Origin: an uncultured delta proteobacterium
GTDB lineage: Bacteria > Myxococcota_A > Polyangia > Palsa-1104
Direction: 5' to 3'
Length of the DNA stretch: 64,000 nt
Assembly: GCA_963785725.1 (NCBI GenBank)
Contig: CAWAWS010000039.1
Span: 672,001 to 736,000, forward strand
The notes below the pieces were generated by a model. It was given only the letters and a program-made list of their open reading frames with translations, ran no database searches and was not told the DNA's origin. How positions within the stretch are numbered: the stretch's first letter is position 1; every line of letters begins with the position of its first letter. Shown here piece by piece: positions 40,890-49,579 of this stretch. A program made the position numbers and the translations under genes.

Positions 40890-41367
40890 GCCACGTCTCG
40901 GCATCGACATCGGCCGCGTCATCATCGGCGGCGAAGGCGCGGACACCTCGTTTCTCGACGGCGACGAAGCCGCGGCCATGGCCGCGCCCGCCGTCGCCGG
41001 CGCGTTCGCCGCCATCGCCGAGCTGTGGCGCCGCTTCGACGGCCAAGTCTGGCTGGTATCGAAGGCGGGCACGCGCATTGAGGGACGCACGCGCCAATGG
41101 CTCGACGCGCACGACTTCTACGCCGCCACCGGCTTGCCGCGCGATCGGCTGCGCTTTTGCCGACAACGACGCGAGAAGGCCGATCACGCGCTCGAGCTCG
41201 AGCTGACCCACTTCATCGACGATCGTTTCGATGTGCTGCAGTACCTCGAAGGAATCGTCCCCTATCGCTTCTTGTTCGGCCCGCAGCGCCGCAGCTATCC
41301 GCCGCAATCGACGTTGATGTGTGTCCGCGATTGGAAGGCCGTCACGCATGCGATTCGGGGAACGTGA
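40882..41367 (+). CDS. HAD-superfamily-like protein (nucleotidase-like, atypical motif I)
   Basis: LGIDIGRVI, LVSKA, conserved Lys, HFIDDR. Overlaps the end of the HD gene. Confidence 0.7.
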   Translation: MREPRLGIDIGRVIIGGEGADTSFLDGDEAAAMAAPAVAGAFAAIAELWRRFDGQVWLVSKAGTRIEGRTRQWLDAHDFYAATGLPRDRLRFCRQRREKADHALELELTHFIDDRFDVLQYLEGIVPYRFLFGPQRRSYPPQSTLMCVRDWKAVTHAIRGT

Positions 41368-41899
41368 TGAAGCGCGGCGGCACTTCCCGCGTCAGCCAAA
41401 CGCCATTGGCGCTGCGGTGGAATTCGAAGTGAGCGCGCGCCATCGCCGCCGAATCGACGGTCAAGACAAGCGGCTTGCCGCGGCGACTGCCGACATTCGT
41501 CGCCGTGGCCAGGTCGGCCGAGAGGTGGACGAATTGTCGTTCGCGCGCTTGCAGGCCTTGGTCACGAATGGCGGCGACGAAGCGCGCGACGGTGCCGTGA
41601 AAGAGCGTCGCCGGCGGTGGCAGCGGCGGATACGCCAGCGTCACCGCGAGCGAGTGACCTTGGCTGGCGCGTAAGCGGGTGCCGCCGGCGTCGAAGGCGA
41701 AGCGCTGCTTGTCGTCTGCGCGCACGATGCGGTCGAGCTCGGCGCGCGTCAGCGGCTGCGCATGGTCCGCCAGCGCCGCCAGCAAGCGCGCGACGTCGAC
41801 ATAGCCGGCGTCGTCGAGCTCGAGGCCCAGCGTATCCGGCCGATGGCGCAAGACGAGGCTCAACAGCTTGGCGAAGTGCACGTCGCGATCTCCGCTCAC
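41342..41899 (-). CDS. kptA: RNA 2'-phosphotransferase (Tpt1/KptA)
   Basis: LSLVLRH, DKQRF, RASQGHS, LFHGT, RQFVHLS, NGVWL. GTG start with GGAGGAG RBS. Confidence 0.93.
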   Translation of the reverse strand: MSGDRDVHFAKLLSLVLRHRPDTLGLELDDAGYVDVARLLAALADHAQPLTRAELDRIVRADDKQRFAFDAGGTRLRASQGHSLAVTLAYPPLPPPATLFHGTVARFVAAIRDQGLQARERQFVHLSADLATATNVGSRRGKPLVLTVDSAAMARAHFEFHRSANGVWLTREVPPRFITFPESHA

Positions 41900-41918
41900 G
41901 GCCGTCTCCTCCGCGCCG

Positions 41919-42134
41919 TCAGCGCCGGCCGACCAGCCGCTGCAGCGTCGCCTGAAACTCCGCCTGGCTGACGTCGACCAGCTCGAGCACACGCCCGTAC
42001 AGCATCGCCGTCGGCACACTCCTGCCGCCGCGTTCGCGCTGCGTCTCGTCGAGCACGACCAAGATCGCGCGCTCCAGCCGATTCAGCCCGTCGCGCACGT
42101 CGGGCAGGCGGTCACCATCGCGCTCACTCGCCAC
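41919..42134 (-). CDS. 71-aa protein resembling the GyrA/ParC N-terminal winged-helix segment
   Basis: LPDVRDGLNRLERAIL...PTAMLYGRV...FQATLQRLV. Co-oriented and immediately upstream of kptA. Confidence 0.7.
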   Translation of the reverse strand: MASERDGDRLPDVRDGLNRLERAILVVLDETQRERGGRSVPTAMLYGRVLELVDVSQAEFQATLQRLVGRR

Positions 42135-42227
42135 GCCACCACGATAGCAGCGTCGCCGCCGCCGGGCCGTCATTTTCCGCGACGGCCGTCTTGCATCGCG
42201 TCCCCGTTTTATTCGATGCTCGCGCTC

Positions 42228-42665
42228 ATGTTGCTCGTCCGCACGATATCGCCCGAGGAGACGCATCCGCTGCGCCACGCCGTCCTGCGTCCGCGCCAGC
42301 CGCTCTCGGCGATGGTCTATCCCAACGATGACGGCGCCGAGACGCTGCACGTCGGCGCCTTCGTCGACGGCGCGCTCGTCGGCATCGCGTCGATCTATCG
42401 CGAAGGCCGCCCCGGCCGCGCCGAGCCGCACGCCTGGCGCCTGCGCGGCATGGCCACGACGCCCGAAGCGCGCCGCCACGGCTGCGGCCGCGCCATGCTC
42501 GACGCGCTCATCGCCCACGCCCGCGCCAACAACGGCCGCATCTTGTGGTGCAACGGCCGCGTGACCGCGGCGCCGTTCTATCTGGCGCTCGGCTTTGCGC
42601 AGGAGGGTGAGGCGTTCGAGCTGCCGGGCATCGGCCCGCACCTGCTCTTGCACCGCGCGCTGTAG
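42228..42665 (+). CDS. GNAT family N-acetyltransferase
   Basis: LRHAVLRP, WRLRGMAT.PEARRHGCG, LWCNGR, FYLALGF. Confidence 0.9.
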   Translation: MLLVRTISPEETHPLRHAVLRPRQPLSAMVYPNDDGAETLHVGAFVDGALVGIASIYREGRPGRAEPHAWRLRGMATTPEARRHGCGRAMLDALIAHARANNGRILWCNGRVTAAPFYLALGFAQEGEAFELPGIGPHLLLHRAL

Positions 42666-42700
42666 AGGTCGCCAAGACCTGCAGGAACGCTGAAAACGGC

Positions 42701-42735
42701 CGAGCCCGCGCGATCCGAACGACCGCGCGGGCTCG
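42701..42735 (-). terminator. Hairpin/intrinsic terminator between convergent genes
   Basis: 12-bp stem CGAGCCCGCGCG / CGCGCGGGCTCG with an 11-nt loop. GCCGTTTT follows on the minus strand. Confidence 0.65.
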
Positions 42736-42743
42736 CTCGCCGG

Positions 42744-45476
42744 CTACTTGATGTCGCCCGCCTTGACCTTCACGAGCGCGTCCGTCTTGACGTACTTCGC
42801 GACCGCCGCCGCGATCTGCGCCGGCGACAGCGCCTGCACCTTGGCGTTCAGCGCGTCGTAATAATCGAGCTTACGCCCGACGTTCAGGCTCTCCTCGAGC
42901 AGGCCGACCACGGCGTCGTCGTTGGCGATCGTCGTGTCGAACTGCGCCTGATACTTCTGCTTGCCGTCGGTGAGCTCCTTGCCGTCGACGCCCTTTTGCA
43001 CCAGCCGATTGAGCTCCTCGGTCATGTCGGTCATCGCCTTGACCGCGTTCTGCGGCGCGCAGATGGCGTACGCCAGCAACATCGAGCTCGGGTCCAGCGG
43101 ATCGGCCGCCAAGAACGAGCCCACGCCGTACGACAGGCCGTCCTTTTGCCGCAGCCGCTCGAACAGCCGCGAGCTGCCCGAGCCGCCGAACAGGAAGTCG
43201 GCCATCTGCATCGCCGGAAAGTCGGCGTCGTCGTCACGCATGGGCAGGCCCGAGCCGAGCGCGATCATCGCCATCTGCTTGTCGGGCGTGACGATGAGAT
43301 CGTCCGTCGGCTTCGACGCGTGAAACGGCATCGCGATGCGCTGATACGGCTTCTGCGCCTTCCACCCGCCCAGCTCCTTGGCCGCCACCTGCTTGACCTC
43401 GGCCGGATCGAAGTCGCCGACGACCACCAGCTCGCCGTCGCCCGCGCCCCAGTGGCTCTTCTGCCACGCGACGAGCTGCTCCAGCTTCAGCGCCTTGACG
43501 TCGTCCAGCGTCTCCTGCAGCGAGCGATGGTAGCGAACGTCATCCTTGGGATACGGCTGCACCTTCGCCAGCAGCGTCGTAAAGGCGATCGCCTGCGGCT
43601 GCTGCAGGCTCTCCTCGATGCGCGCTTCCTTCTCGCGCTTGAGCTTCTCGAACTCGTCCTTGGGGAAGCTCGGCTCCTTGACCATCTCGGCGAGCAGCGC
43701 CAACACCGCCGGCACGCTCGGCCGCACCGTCGTCACGCGGAAGATGGCGTCGCCCGGCCGCCCGTCGCCGCCGCCGCCCTCTTGCTCGCCGGCGCGCAGC
43801 TCGGCCCGCAACGTGTCGAGCTGATCGCGCAGCTGCTGATAGGTGTGCTTCTTCGTGCCGCGCAACACCATCTCCGACAGCAGCTTGGCCGCCGTCGTCT
43901 GCCCGAGCAGATCCTTCTCGTTGCCGCTGCGCAGCTTGAGCAGGATCTTGACCGCGCCGCCGCGCGTCTTCTTCGGCAGCAGCGCCAGCTTGAGGCCCGA
44001 CGGCAACGTCACCCGCTCGGTGCGCGCCTCGATGTTCTTCACCGTCGCCGCGAAGGTCTCGCCCTCGGCCAGCTTGGCGTCGCCTTTGTAATTCTTGACC
44101 AGCGCCACGACGTCCGGCTGCGCCGGCAGCGGCGCGCGATCGAGCGCCTTCGACGGAATGAAGAGGCCGACCGTGCGATTCGAGGCCTTCAGATACTGGC
44201 TCGCCACCTTCTTGACGCGCGCGATGTCGAGCGCCTTGATCGCGTCGCGATGCATGAAAATGAGGCGCCAATCGCCTTGCGCCGCCCACTCCGACAGCTC
44301 GACGCCGACGCGACCCGAGTCCGTCAGGCCGAGCTCGATGCGATTGAGCGCCGCCGACTTGAAGCGATCGAGCTCCGCCTGCGTGATGTTGCTCTTGGCC
44401 AGCGACTCGATCGTCTGCAGCATCGTGTCGCGCACCGTCTCCAGCGACTTGCCCGGCGGCACCTCCGCGGCGAGCTTGATGAGCCCCGGCTCGGCCATCG
44501 CCATGACGTCGGCCTCCACCTTCGACGCCAGCTTCTTGTCGACGAGCGCCTTGTTGAGCCGTCCCGTCGGCTGATGCGTCAGGATGTCGGCGATGGCCTC
44601 CTCGGCCACGAAGTCGGCGTCGGGACCGGCCACGCCGTGATAGACGACGCCGACGACGCCGACGTCACCGGTGCGCCGCAGCGTCACCGCGCGCTCGCCG
44701 TCCTGCACCGGCTCGACGGTGTAGCTGGCCGACAGCTTGCGCGCCGGCCGCGGGATCTTGCCGAACGTCTGCTGAATCTGTGCCAGCGTCGCCTTGGGCT
44801 CGAACTTGCCGGCGACGATGAGCACCGCGTTGTCCGGCTGATAATAGCGACGATAGAACGCCTGCAGATTCTCGATCGGCACGCGCTCGATGTCGCTGCG
44901 CGAGCCGATCGTCGCCTTGCCGTAGTTGTGCCAGAGATAGGCGGTCGAGTAGAGCCGCTCTTCGAGGATGTCGTTGGGCTGGTTCTCGCCCATCTCGAAC
45001 TCGTTGCGCACGACGGAGAACTCGCTCGACAGATCCTCGCGCGAGACGCGCGAATTGACCATGCGATCGGCCTCCATGTCGAACGCCCACTTCATGTTCT
45101 CGTCGGTGGGCGTGAAGGTCTCGAAGTAGTTGGTGCGATCGAACCAGGTCGACCCGTTGAAGCGCGCGCCGTGCGCGTCGAGCTCGGCCCACACCTTCTG
45201 ATGGCGCGTCGTGCCTTTGAAGAGCATGTGCTCGAGCAGGTGCGCCATGCCCGTCTCGCCGTAGCCTTCGTGGCGCGAGCCGACGAGATAGGTGACGTTG
45301 ACGGTCACCTGCGCCTTGGAGTTGTCGGGGAAGAGCAGCACGCGCAGGCCGTTGTCGAGCCCGTACTCGGTGATGCCTTCGATGGTGACGACCGGGCGCG
45401 GCTCGGCGGCCGACGCGGCGGAGGTCACGCCCCAAGCGGCGATTGCGGCGAAAACGATGGGTAACGACTTTCTCAT
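42744..45476 (-). CDS. M16 family zinc protease (PqqL-like), exported
   Basis: Signal peptide, inverted zinc motif HLLEH, DRTNYFET, two-lobed repeat, LRQKDGLSYG. Confidence 0.93.
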   Translation of the reverse strand: MRKSLPIVFAAIAAWGVTSAASAAEPRPVVTIEGITEYGLDNGLRVLLFPDNSKAQVTVNVTYLVGSRHEGYGETGMAHLLEHMLFKGTTRHQKVWAELDAHGARFNGSTWFDRTNYFETFTPTDENMKWAFDMEADRMVNSRVSREDLSSEFSVVRNEFEMGENQPNDILEERLYSTAYLWHNYGKATIGSRSDIERVPIENLQAFYRRYYQPDNAVLIVAGKFEPKATLAQIQQTFGKIPRPARKLSASYTVEPVQDGERAVTLRRTGDVGVVGVVYHGVAGPDADFVAEEAIADILTHQPTGRLNKALVDKKLASKVEADVMAMAEPGLIKLAAEVPPGKSLETVRDTMLQTIESLAKSNITQAELDRFKSAALNRIELGLTDSGRVGVELSEWAAQGDWRLIFMHRDAIKALDIARVKKVASQYLKASNRTVGLFIPSKALDRAPLPAQPDVVALVKNYKGDAKLAEGETFAATVKNIEARTERVTLPSGLKLALLPKKTRGGAVKILLKLRSGNEKDLLGQTTAAKLLSEMVLRGTKKHTYQQLRDQLDTLRAELRAGEQEGGGGDGRPGDAIFRVTTVRPSVPAVLALLAEMVKEPSFPKDEFEKLKREKEARIEESLQQPQAIAFTTLLAKVQPYPKDDVRYHRSLQETLDDVKALKLEQLVAWQKSHWGAGDGELVVVGDFDPAEVKQVAAKELGGWKAQKPYQRIAMPFHASKPTDDLIVTPDKQMAMIALGSGLPMRDDDADFPAMQMADFLFGGSGSSRLFERLRQKDGLSYGVGSFLAADPLDPSSMLLAYAICAPQNAVKAMTDMTEELNRLVQKGVDGKELTDGKQKYQAQFDTTIANDDAVVGLLEESLNVGRKLDYYDALNAKVQALSPAQIAAAVAKYVKTDALVKVKAGDIK

Positions 45477-45564
45477 GCAGCGACTATCAATCCGCGAGCG
45501 GAAAGACTCAAGCGAGGCCGATCACGCCGTCGACAATCGCGTTTGGCGGGCTGCGGATTCGGCG

Positions 45565-45921
45565 TTAGGCCGCGCTCGTGGCGGTGGCGCAGACGAGCCC
45601 GCCCGAGCGCATGGCCGCGTCCAATCGGCGATCGAGGCTGGCGATCCACTGCGGGTAATGGCGCGCGATCGGCCGGCGCGAACGCGCCGCGTGCGGCCGG
45701 CGCCAGCGGGCCGCGCGCGCGACGACGGCGGCGCGGCGTATCACCCAGCGACGACGACCGACGGCGAGCGCGCCGACCACGCGGCGCAGCGCGCGCACCA
45801 GCAGAAGCGCCAGCACGGCCAGGCCACTGGCGCGCCAGAACGTCGCCACCCACTCGTGCAGCCCGACGTCGGTAGCGGCCGAGGTCGCGCGAAAGATTTC
45901 GGTTAGGCTGATTGCGTCCAT
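45565..45921 (-). CDS. Small membrane hypothetical protein
   Basis: One TM segment followed by a basic tail. Supported by a sigma54 site just upstream. Confidence 0.45.
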   Translation of the reverse strand: MDAISLTEIFRATSAATDVGLHEWVATFWRASGLAVLALLLVRALRRVVGALAVGRRRWVIRRAAVVARAARWRRPHAARSRRPIARHYPQWIASLDRRLDAAMRSGGLVCATATSAA

Positions 45922-45937
45922 CTCGGACCGGCTACAG

Positions 45938-45953
45938 AGCAAGGCGCGTACCG
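45938..45953 (-). promoter_or_regulatory. sigma54 -24/-12 promoter
   Basis: CGGTACGCGCCTTGCT (GG-N10-GC, TTGCT). Confidence 0.55.
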
Positions 45954-46045
45954 ATTGCGGGACTAGGACTTCGCGGCGGTTGCGTCGGGGAATCGAGCGG
46001 AGTCGTTGCGCGATGAAGCGGCTGGTGTCGCGAATCGAACCAGGG

Positions 46046-46654
46046 TCACAGGCGGGAGGCGACGCCGATGGTGCGCGGCTGCGCCAAGATCCGGCGAATG
46101 CCGACGAACAGGTTGGGCAGATCTTTGGCGGCGCCGCCGGTGACCATCCAGCGCGGCACCGCGCCCGACAGGTCCATCTCGAGGTGATAGTAGGCGAGCG
46201 TGCCGCGGCCGCCGTGCGTGGGATAGAGCGCCCAGCGCCCGGTGAGCGTGGTCATGCGCACCGCCTTCTTCGACGGCGCCGGACCGCGCGCGTGGTCGAT
46301 GCTGAAGCTGAGCCCGTCGGCTTGCCCGTCCTTCCAGATCACCCGCAGCGTAAAGTCGCGATCTTTGAGCGCCGGCAGCTTCAAGTGCTGATAGACGAGC
46401 TGCTCGCCCGCGTGCCGCTCGAGGACGACGCTCTCGGCCAGGTGCGCGTCGAAGCGGCGATAGCCGGCGTAATCGAGCAGCGCGGCCTCGACCGCGGCCG
46501 GCGGCGCGTCGAGCTCGCCGACGGCCGCCAGCTCGCTGATGGTCGCCAGCTTGTTTTGGTAGACGTCGACGCCGTCATGACCGCCGATGCGCGACAGGTT
46601 GGCGTCGATGAGCGTCGACGTGAGCGTGAGCAGCGAGATCAGCAGCGCTTCCAT
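46046..46654 (-). CDS. START/SRPBCC lipid-binding domain protein
   Basis: DGVDVY, VYQHLKLPALKDRDF, GRWAL, MDLSGAVPRWMV. Confidence 0.82.
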   Translation of the reverse strand: MEALLISLLTLTSTLIDANLSRIGGHDGVDVYQNKLATISELAAVGELDAPPAAVEAALLDYAGYRRFDAHLAESVVLERHAGEQLVYQHLKLPALKDRDFTLRVIWKDGQADGLSFSIDHARGPAPSKKAVRMTTLTGRWALYPTHGGRGTLAYYHLEMDLSGAVPRWMVTGGAAKDLPNLFVGIRRILAQPRTIGVASRL

Positions 46655-46668
46655 GTTGGCGTCGCTGA

Positions 46669-46684
46669 AGCAACGGTCGTGCCG
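46669..46684 (-). promoter_or_regulatory. sigma54 -24/-12 promoter
   Basis: CGGCACGACCGTTGCT, near-consensus. Confidence 0.7.
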
Positions 46685-46867
46685 CGCTGAGCGGCGCGCG
46701 CGCCGTGCAGTTGCCAGGCGGCCGTCGAGAATCGCGACGGCAATCGTCGGGAATGCGACGGCGGCGGCCGATTGTGCGAGGAATTCGAACGGTGAAGCTG
46801 AAAGCGGCGCGGCGGGGAGTTGCGGCGAAGGCGGCGGCGGAGCGTGCGCGAACGAGCGGCGCGGTCT

Positions 46868-48271
46868 TTACGCGGCGTGGCGCGGAACGACGCGCAGCGT
46901 CGGGCGGCGCGCGGCGGTCGTCGCCGCCAAGGCGGGCAGCGTGACGAGCGCGTCCGACTTGCCGAGCTGGTACTCGCGACCGCGCCATTCGACCTTGCGC
47001 TTCATCATGTTCTGCACCAGCACCACCGGCGAGATGAGGAAGAACGCGGTCGGGGTCCACCAGAAGCGCGCCGGAATCGCCGCGCCGCCATAACGGCGCT
47101 GCAGCGCGAACAAGCTCCCGGTGAAGGCGGCGAGCGCCGTCAGCGCGACCAGCGCCGCCGCGACGTGACCGGTCGCCAACGACGCGACCAGCGTCGCCAG
47201 CGAGGCGAAGAAGCCCGCGCCCTGCACCCACTGACGCCACACGAACGAGGTCGGCAGACCGTTGCGCGAGAAGCTCATCCAGCGACGGAAGACCGGCAGG
47301 AACTGCTTCAAGGTCATGCCGCCGGTGGCGATGTGCAGCGGGATGCGGCTCATGACGTTCTTGTAGCCGGCTTCGTAGACGCGCTTGCCGATGGCCATAT
47401 CGTCGACGAGCTGGCCCTGTACCGACTCGACGCCGCCGATGGCGCTCAGCGCCTCGCGACGGAAGACCATGAGCTGACCCATGATGAACGGCAGCTCGCG
47501 CTTGTCGCCCGACGCCCAGGCCGCCAACGGCGAGTAGAGCGCGTTCTGCATGATGGCGTAGAGCACGTCGCCGGCGGCCGCGGGCGGCTGATGCACGAGG
47601 ACGGGCGCGAACGCCGAGCCGTTCGCCTTCGACTCGAGCAGCTTGTCGACGACGCCGCGGAGCACGTTGTGGTCGGGACGCGTGTCGGAGTCGCCGAACG
47701 CGATGAGCTCGCCGTGCGCGTGGCGCTGACCGACGACCATGGCGTTGAGCTTGCCCGTGCGACCGGGCGGCGGCGAGCCGGCGACGATGACGTCGGCGGT
47801 GCCGGCGCGGCCCGCGGCGCGGTGCGTGGCCACGACTTCGCGCGCGACCGGCAGGCCCGGATCTTTGTCGTCGTCGAACACGAACAGCGTCTCGACCTCG
47901 CCCGGATAGCCGGTGTCGAGCGCGGCGGTGAAGTTTTCGGCGGCGCCGACGTCCTTGCCGCGCACGGGGCGAATCACCGTGACCGACGGATAGCGACGCG
48001 CGGCCGCGAGCGGCACGATCAAGTCGGGGCGCGGCGTGATGGCTTTGCTGAGCGCGCGGTGCCAGAGCAGCGTCGCGACGAGCACGGCCGCCGCGATGCC
48101 GCCGAGCACGAGGCCCAGCGTCGTCGACGTGGCGGCGACGGCGGTGAGCGCGTGGCGCGCGGCGACGCTCAAGCGCGCCGGGCCGAACGAAGCGCCGACG
48201 ACGTCCGCGCCAAAGAGAGCGGCGATTGCGCCAACAGCGAGGACGACATTCAGATCGACTTTGCGGTTCAT
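46868..48271 (-). CDS. GT2/GT21 glycosyltransferase (ceramide glucosyltransferase/HpnI-like)
   Basis: PSVTVIRPVRG, TGKLNAM, FGDSD, LVDDMAIG, RRW, VEWRGREY. TM segments at both ends. Confidence 0.88.
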   Translation of the reverse strand: MNRKVDLNVVLAVGAIAALFGADVVGASFGPARLSVAARHALTAVAATSTTLGLVLGGIAAAVLVATLLWHRALSKAITPRPDLIVPLAAARRYPSVTVIRPVRGKDVGAAENFTAALDTGYPGEVETLFVFDDDKDPGLPVAREVVATHRAAGRAGTADVIVAGSPPPGRTGKLNAMVVGQRHAHGELIAFGDSDTRPDHNVLRGVVDKLLESKANGSAFAPVLVHQPPAAAGDVLYAIMQNALYSPLAAWASGDKRELPFIMGQLMVFRREALSAIGGVESVQGQLVDDMAIGKRVYEAGYKNVMSRIPLHIATGGMTLKQFLPVFRRWMSFSRNGLPTSFVWRQWVQGAGFFASLATLVASLATGHVAAALVALTALAAFTGSLFALQRRYGGAAIPARFWWTPTAFFLISPVVLVQNMMKRKVEWRGREYQLGKSDALVTLPALAATTAARRPTLRVVPRHAA

Positions 48272-48305
48272 GATGGGCTCCGTTGTTCCGGTTGCATGCT
48301 CCTTG

Positions 48306-48321
48306 AGCAACGTCCGTGCCG
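48306..48321 (-). promoter_or_regulatory. sigma54 -24/-12 promoter of the glycosyltransferase
   Basis: CGGCACGGACGTTGCT, near-consensus. Confidence 0.72.
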
Positions 48322-48462
48322 CTCGCGAAGTCCGCCATTCCCGCGGGTTTCGCCGGCCGACTGTTTCGTTTCACGGCGGCAGGTGACGGATTCGGCGTCG
48401 CTCTTTTTCGAACAGGCGGTGCCGGCGAGCCCGAAGCCCGGCGCGATGCGGTTGACGACGGC

Positions 48463-48478
48463 TGGCGCGACGATTGCT
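48463..48478 (+). promoter_or_regulatory. sigma54 -24/-12 promoter of the histidine kinase-like gene
   Basis: TGGCGCGACGATTGCT, near-consensus. Confidence 0.68.
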
Positions 48479-48541
48479 ATTCCCTTCGATCGAACGAAGC
48501 GCGCAACTTCACGGATCGAAGCGCTCGTTCGGGGGAAGCTC

Positions 48542-49432
48542 ATGCGCCGCCAACTAACGAGCTGGAGTCAGACGATCCTCTTCTGGAGCCTCACGGTGAC
48601 GTTGTTCGTCGTGGTCGCCCTAGCCTTGACCGATTGGACGCGCTGGGCGGCGATGGCGCTGGTGTTGGCGCTCGCGCTCATCGGCAGCCGTCGTCGCGCT
48701 CAGCTGCGCCGCGTGTCGATGCGCGCCTGCGACGCCGCCGTCAGCGCCAACGTCGAGCGGCTGCGCGAGATGAGCGCGCTGCAGGGTGCGCTGGCCAACG
48801 AGCTGAACAACCCGCTGGCGGCCGTCAAAGCGCTGTCGGGGCTGATGCAGCTCGAGCCGGCGCAGGCGCAGACGCGGCTGCCGGTGTTGCAGGCGCAAGT
48901 CCAGCGGATGCAGCACATCATCGAAGAGCTGCTCGACTTCTCGCGGCCGCTGACGCCGATGGTGCACGCGCGCACCGACGTGCGGCCGCTGCTGCAGCAA
49001 GTGGCCGAAGTGCATCAGGCGATGGCGGCGCGCAAAGGCGTGGAAGTCGTGGCCGAGCCGGGCGAGGCGATCGTGCTGCACTGCGATCCGCACAAGCTGA
49101 AGCAGGCGCTGATGAGCCTCGTGCACAACGCCATCGACGCCAGCGCGGAGGGCGGGATGGTCGCGTTGACGGCGACGCTCGACGACACGCAGGTGCGCAT
49201 CGACGTGCTCGACCGCGGGCCCGGCATTGCGCCGAGCGGGCTCGGCCAGGTCGTGCGCGCCGGGTTCACGACCAAGCCGGACGCGGCCGGGCTCGGCCTC
49301 ACGGTCGCCGACGCGCTCGTCCGCCAGCACGGCGGCACGCTGACGCTGTGCAATCGCGCCGGCGGCGGCTTGGCAGCCGGCATCGCGCTGCCGGTGCGCT
49401 GCAGCAACGTCGACGTCTGCCGCGCCGCTTGA
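48542..49432 (+). CDS. Membrane histidine kinase-like protein with H-box His replaced by Asn
   Basis: Two TM helices. H-box reads LANELNNPL. N-box LVHNAIDA, G1 DRGPGI, F-box GFTTK, G2 AGLGL. Confidence 0.85.
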   Translation: MRRQLTSWSQTILFWSLTVTLFVVVALALTDWTRWAAMALVLALALIGSRRRAQLRRVSMRACDAAVSANVERLREMSALQGALANELNNPLAAVKALSGLMQLEPAQAQTRLPVLQAQVQRMQHIIEELLDFSRPLTPMVHARTDVRPLLQQVAEVHQAMAARKGVEVVAEPGEAIVLHCDPHKLKQALMSLVHNAIDASAEGGMVALTATLDDTQVRIDVLDRGPGIAPSGLGQVVRAGFTTKPDAAGLGLTVADALVRQHGGTLTLCNRAGGGLAAGIALPVRCSNVDVCRAA

Positions 49433-49579
49433 TTCGCCGGCCGCACGCCGCTCGCAGGTCCCGTCGTTAGACCTCCCGCCATTGACGCTGGTGCTCGCGG
49501 GCTCCTCGTGACGACATGCCGACGTTCGGAATCGAAAGCGGAGCTGGTGCCCCGATCGCGTAGCGGTTAGCATCCGCGC

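Noticed and set aside
46820..48541. Apparent 570-aa N-terminal extension of the histidine kinase
   Set aside because: Antisense to the glycosyltransferase. The promoter and RBS support a start at 48542.
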